From positions 50,571 through 114,570 of the forward strand of contig RHPI01002220.1 in the NCBI GenBank assembly GCA_009103225.1: 64,000 bases of DNA. Direction: 5' to 3'. Numbering within the stretch: position 1 is the first letter of the stretch; each line of letters opens with the position of its first letter. Positions 63,080 to 64,000 of this stretch are shown in pieces. Under the pieces are notes generated by a model, which was given only the letters and a program-made list of their open reading frames with translations, was not told the origin of the DNA and did no database searches. A program made the position numbers and the translations under genes. The DNA comes from Chlorokybus atmophyticus (Eukaryota > Plantae > Mesostigma and Chlorokybus algae).

Positions 63080-64000
63080 CAAACCCCCTCCTCCTGTTCC
63101 TCCTCCGACAAGTCTTTTGCTTCAACATCGGAGTCATCTTCATCCGCTGCCTCGCTCGCTGACAGTACAGCGGCTACTTCGTCCTTTAGCTTGAATGTTA
63201 GCGCCTCGCCGTGCACGCGCATGCGCTTAATGGTCGCTTTGAGAGTGACCACCTGCATTTGGTAATGCTGTAAGAGTGGCGTGCTGCCAGAGGACTAGCC
63301 CATCAGCATACACATGCTTACCTCGTCTTCCGCTTTGTTGCACTCCGCCAGGCAGACAGACAGCCTGCCGCGCTGCTCTCAGTTCACTCTGACCAACATG
63401 GCAATCTGCAAGCATACTGCTTAATTGCCGCTGGAAACATTAAATCAGGTCATGGATTACCCGTTCGTGGTACTCCGCAGCTTCTCTTTTGCGACTTGTG
63501 AGCTCCCGCAAGTAGAAATAGGCTGTGCATTTGCGAAATTGGTCATGCTGTTCATGTGCATGACACTGGAGGCTGTGCATGAGGGTGTGCATGTGGTATT
63601 GACAGTGTATGTCATGTGCAAGATACTTGAGGCTGTGCATGTGCAAGATAAAAGAACCCTAGCATGTGGCATTGATCGTGCATCGTAACCCACCTTGGTT
63701 ATGCCAATCTTGTTTGGTCCCTTTGATCATGTCGCCGTGGTCGCAGCTGCTGGTGGGTCGGATGTTCTTAGAGACAGTACTGTGGTGTGCCTTGCCCACT
63801 CGGAGGGGGAGCCCTGTAAGATATCGCCTGAGTCACTGTTGTCATTGGCTGTGCCCTTGATAGGCATGGTGGGGTTTGACACCAAGGACACCCCTCCGGC
63901 ACCCTGCCCGCTCTGTGTGCGAACATGGAATTCATCCCGGACCTCGACCACAATGCCCACTACGCCCCTGGCAGCGCCGCCAACGATCCACCAAACGCCA
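63080..64000 (-). CDS. 3' exons of an unidentified gene running off the window, acidic C-terminus
   Basis: ...AYFYLRELTSRKREAAEYHER|RGRLSVCLAECNKAEDE|VVTLKATIKRMRVHGEALTFKLKDEVAAVLSASEAADEDDSDVEAKDLSEEEQEEGV-TGA with GT-AG ends. Confidence 0.6.

Noticed and set aside
63400-64000. KDZ/CxC-type transposase
   Set aside because: No catalytic motif recognisable; spliced acidic tail fits an ordinary host gene; the gene is truncated by the window.

Overview
Eukaryotic, intron-rich nuclear DNA from a flagellated green alga. PurH, COG6, PYG7 and RBL11 read as plant-like while an axonemal dynein IC140/DNAI3 gene is present, so an early-diverging streptophyte alga is my inference, not a determination. 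Spliced genes were rebuilt by eye from conserved peptide motifs and splice sites: purH, a bacterial-type DUF2270 membrane protein, an unknown low-complexity protein, PYG7/Ycf37-like TPR, COG6, an unknown multi-pass membrane protein, DUF2256, an Agenet/ePHD chromatin protein, LEO1, an LCM-type methyltransferase, DNAI3/IC140, plastid rhomboid RBL11, and the 3' end of an unknown gene. Two AT-richer gene-free tracts (about 5.1-11.4 kb and 58.6-62.9 kb) hold fold-back/MITE-like repeats, a decayed tRNA-Gly head and a shared repeat end. Most six-frame ORFs in the track are artefacts of CA/GT-repeat introns. Top observations: a tandem-Agenet exon cassette splitting an ePHD finger; at least four GC-AG introns; DUF2270 with an intron bounded by an 8-nt direct repeat plus a decayed inverted duplicate 13 kb away carrying two hairpins; a repeat family with ACGGCCGT palindromes. 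No clearly new multi-gene system could be established from sequence alone. Protein family calls are from memory of the families; no searches were run.
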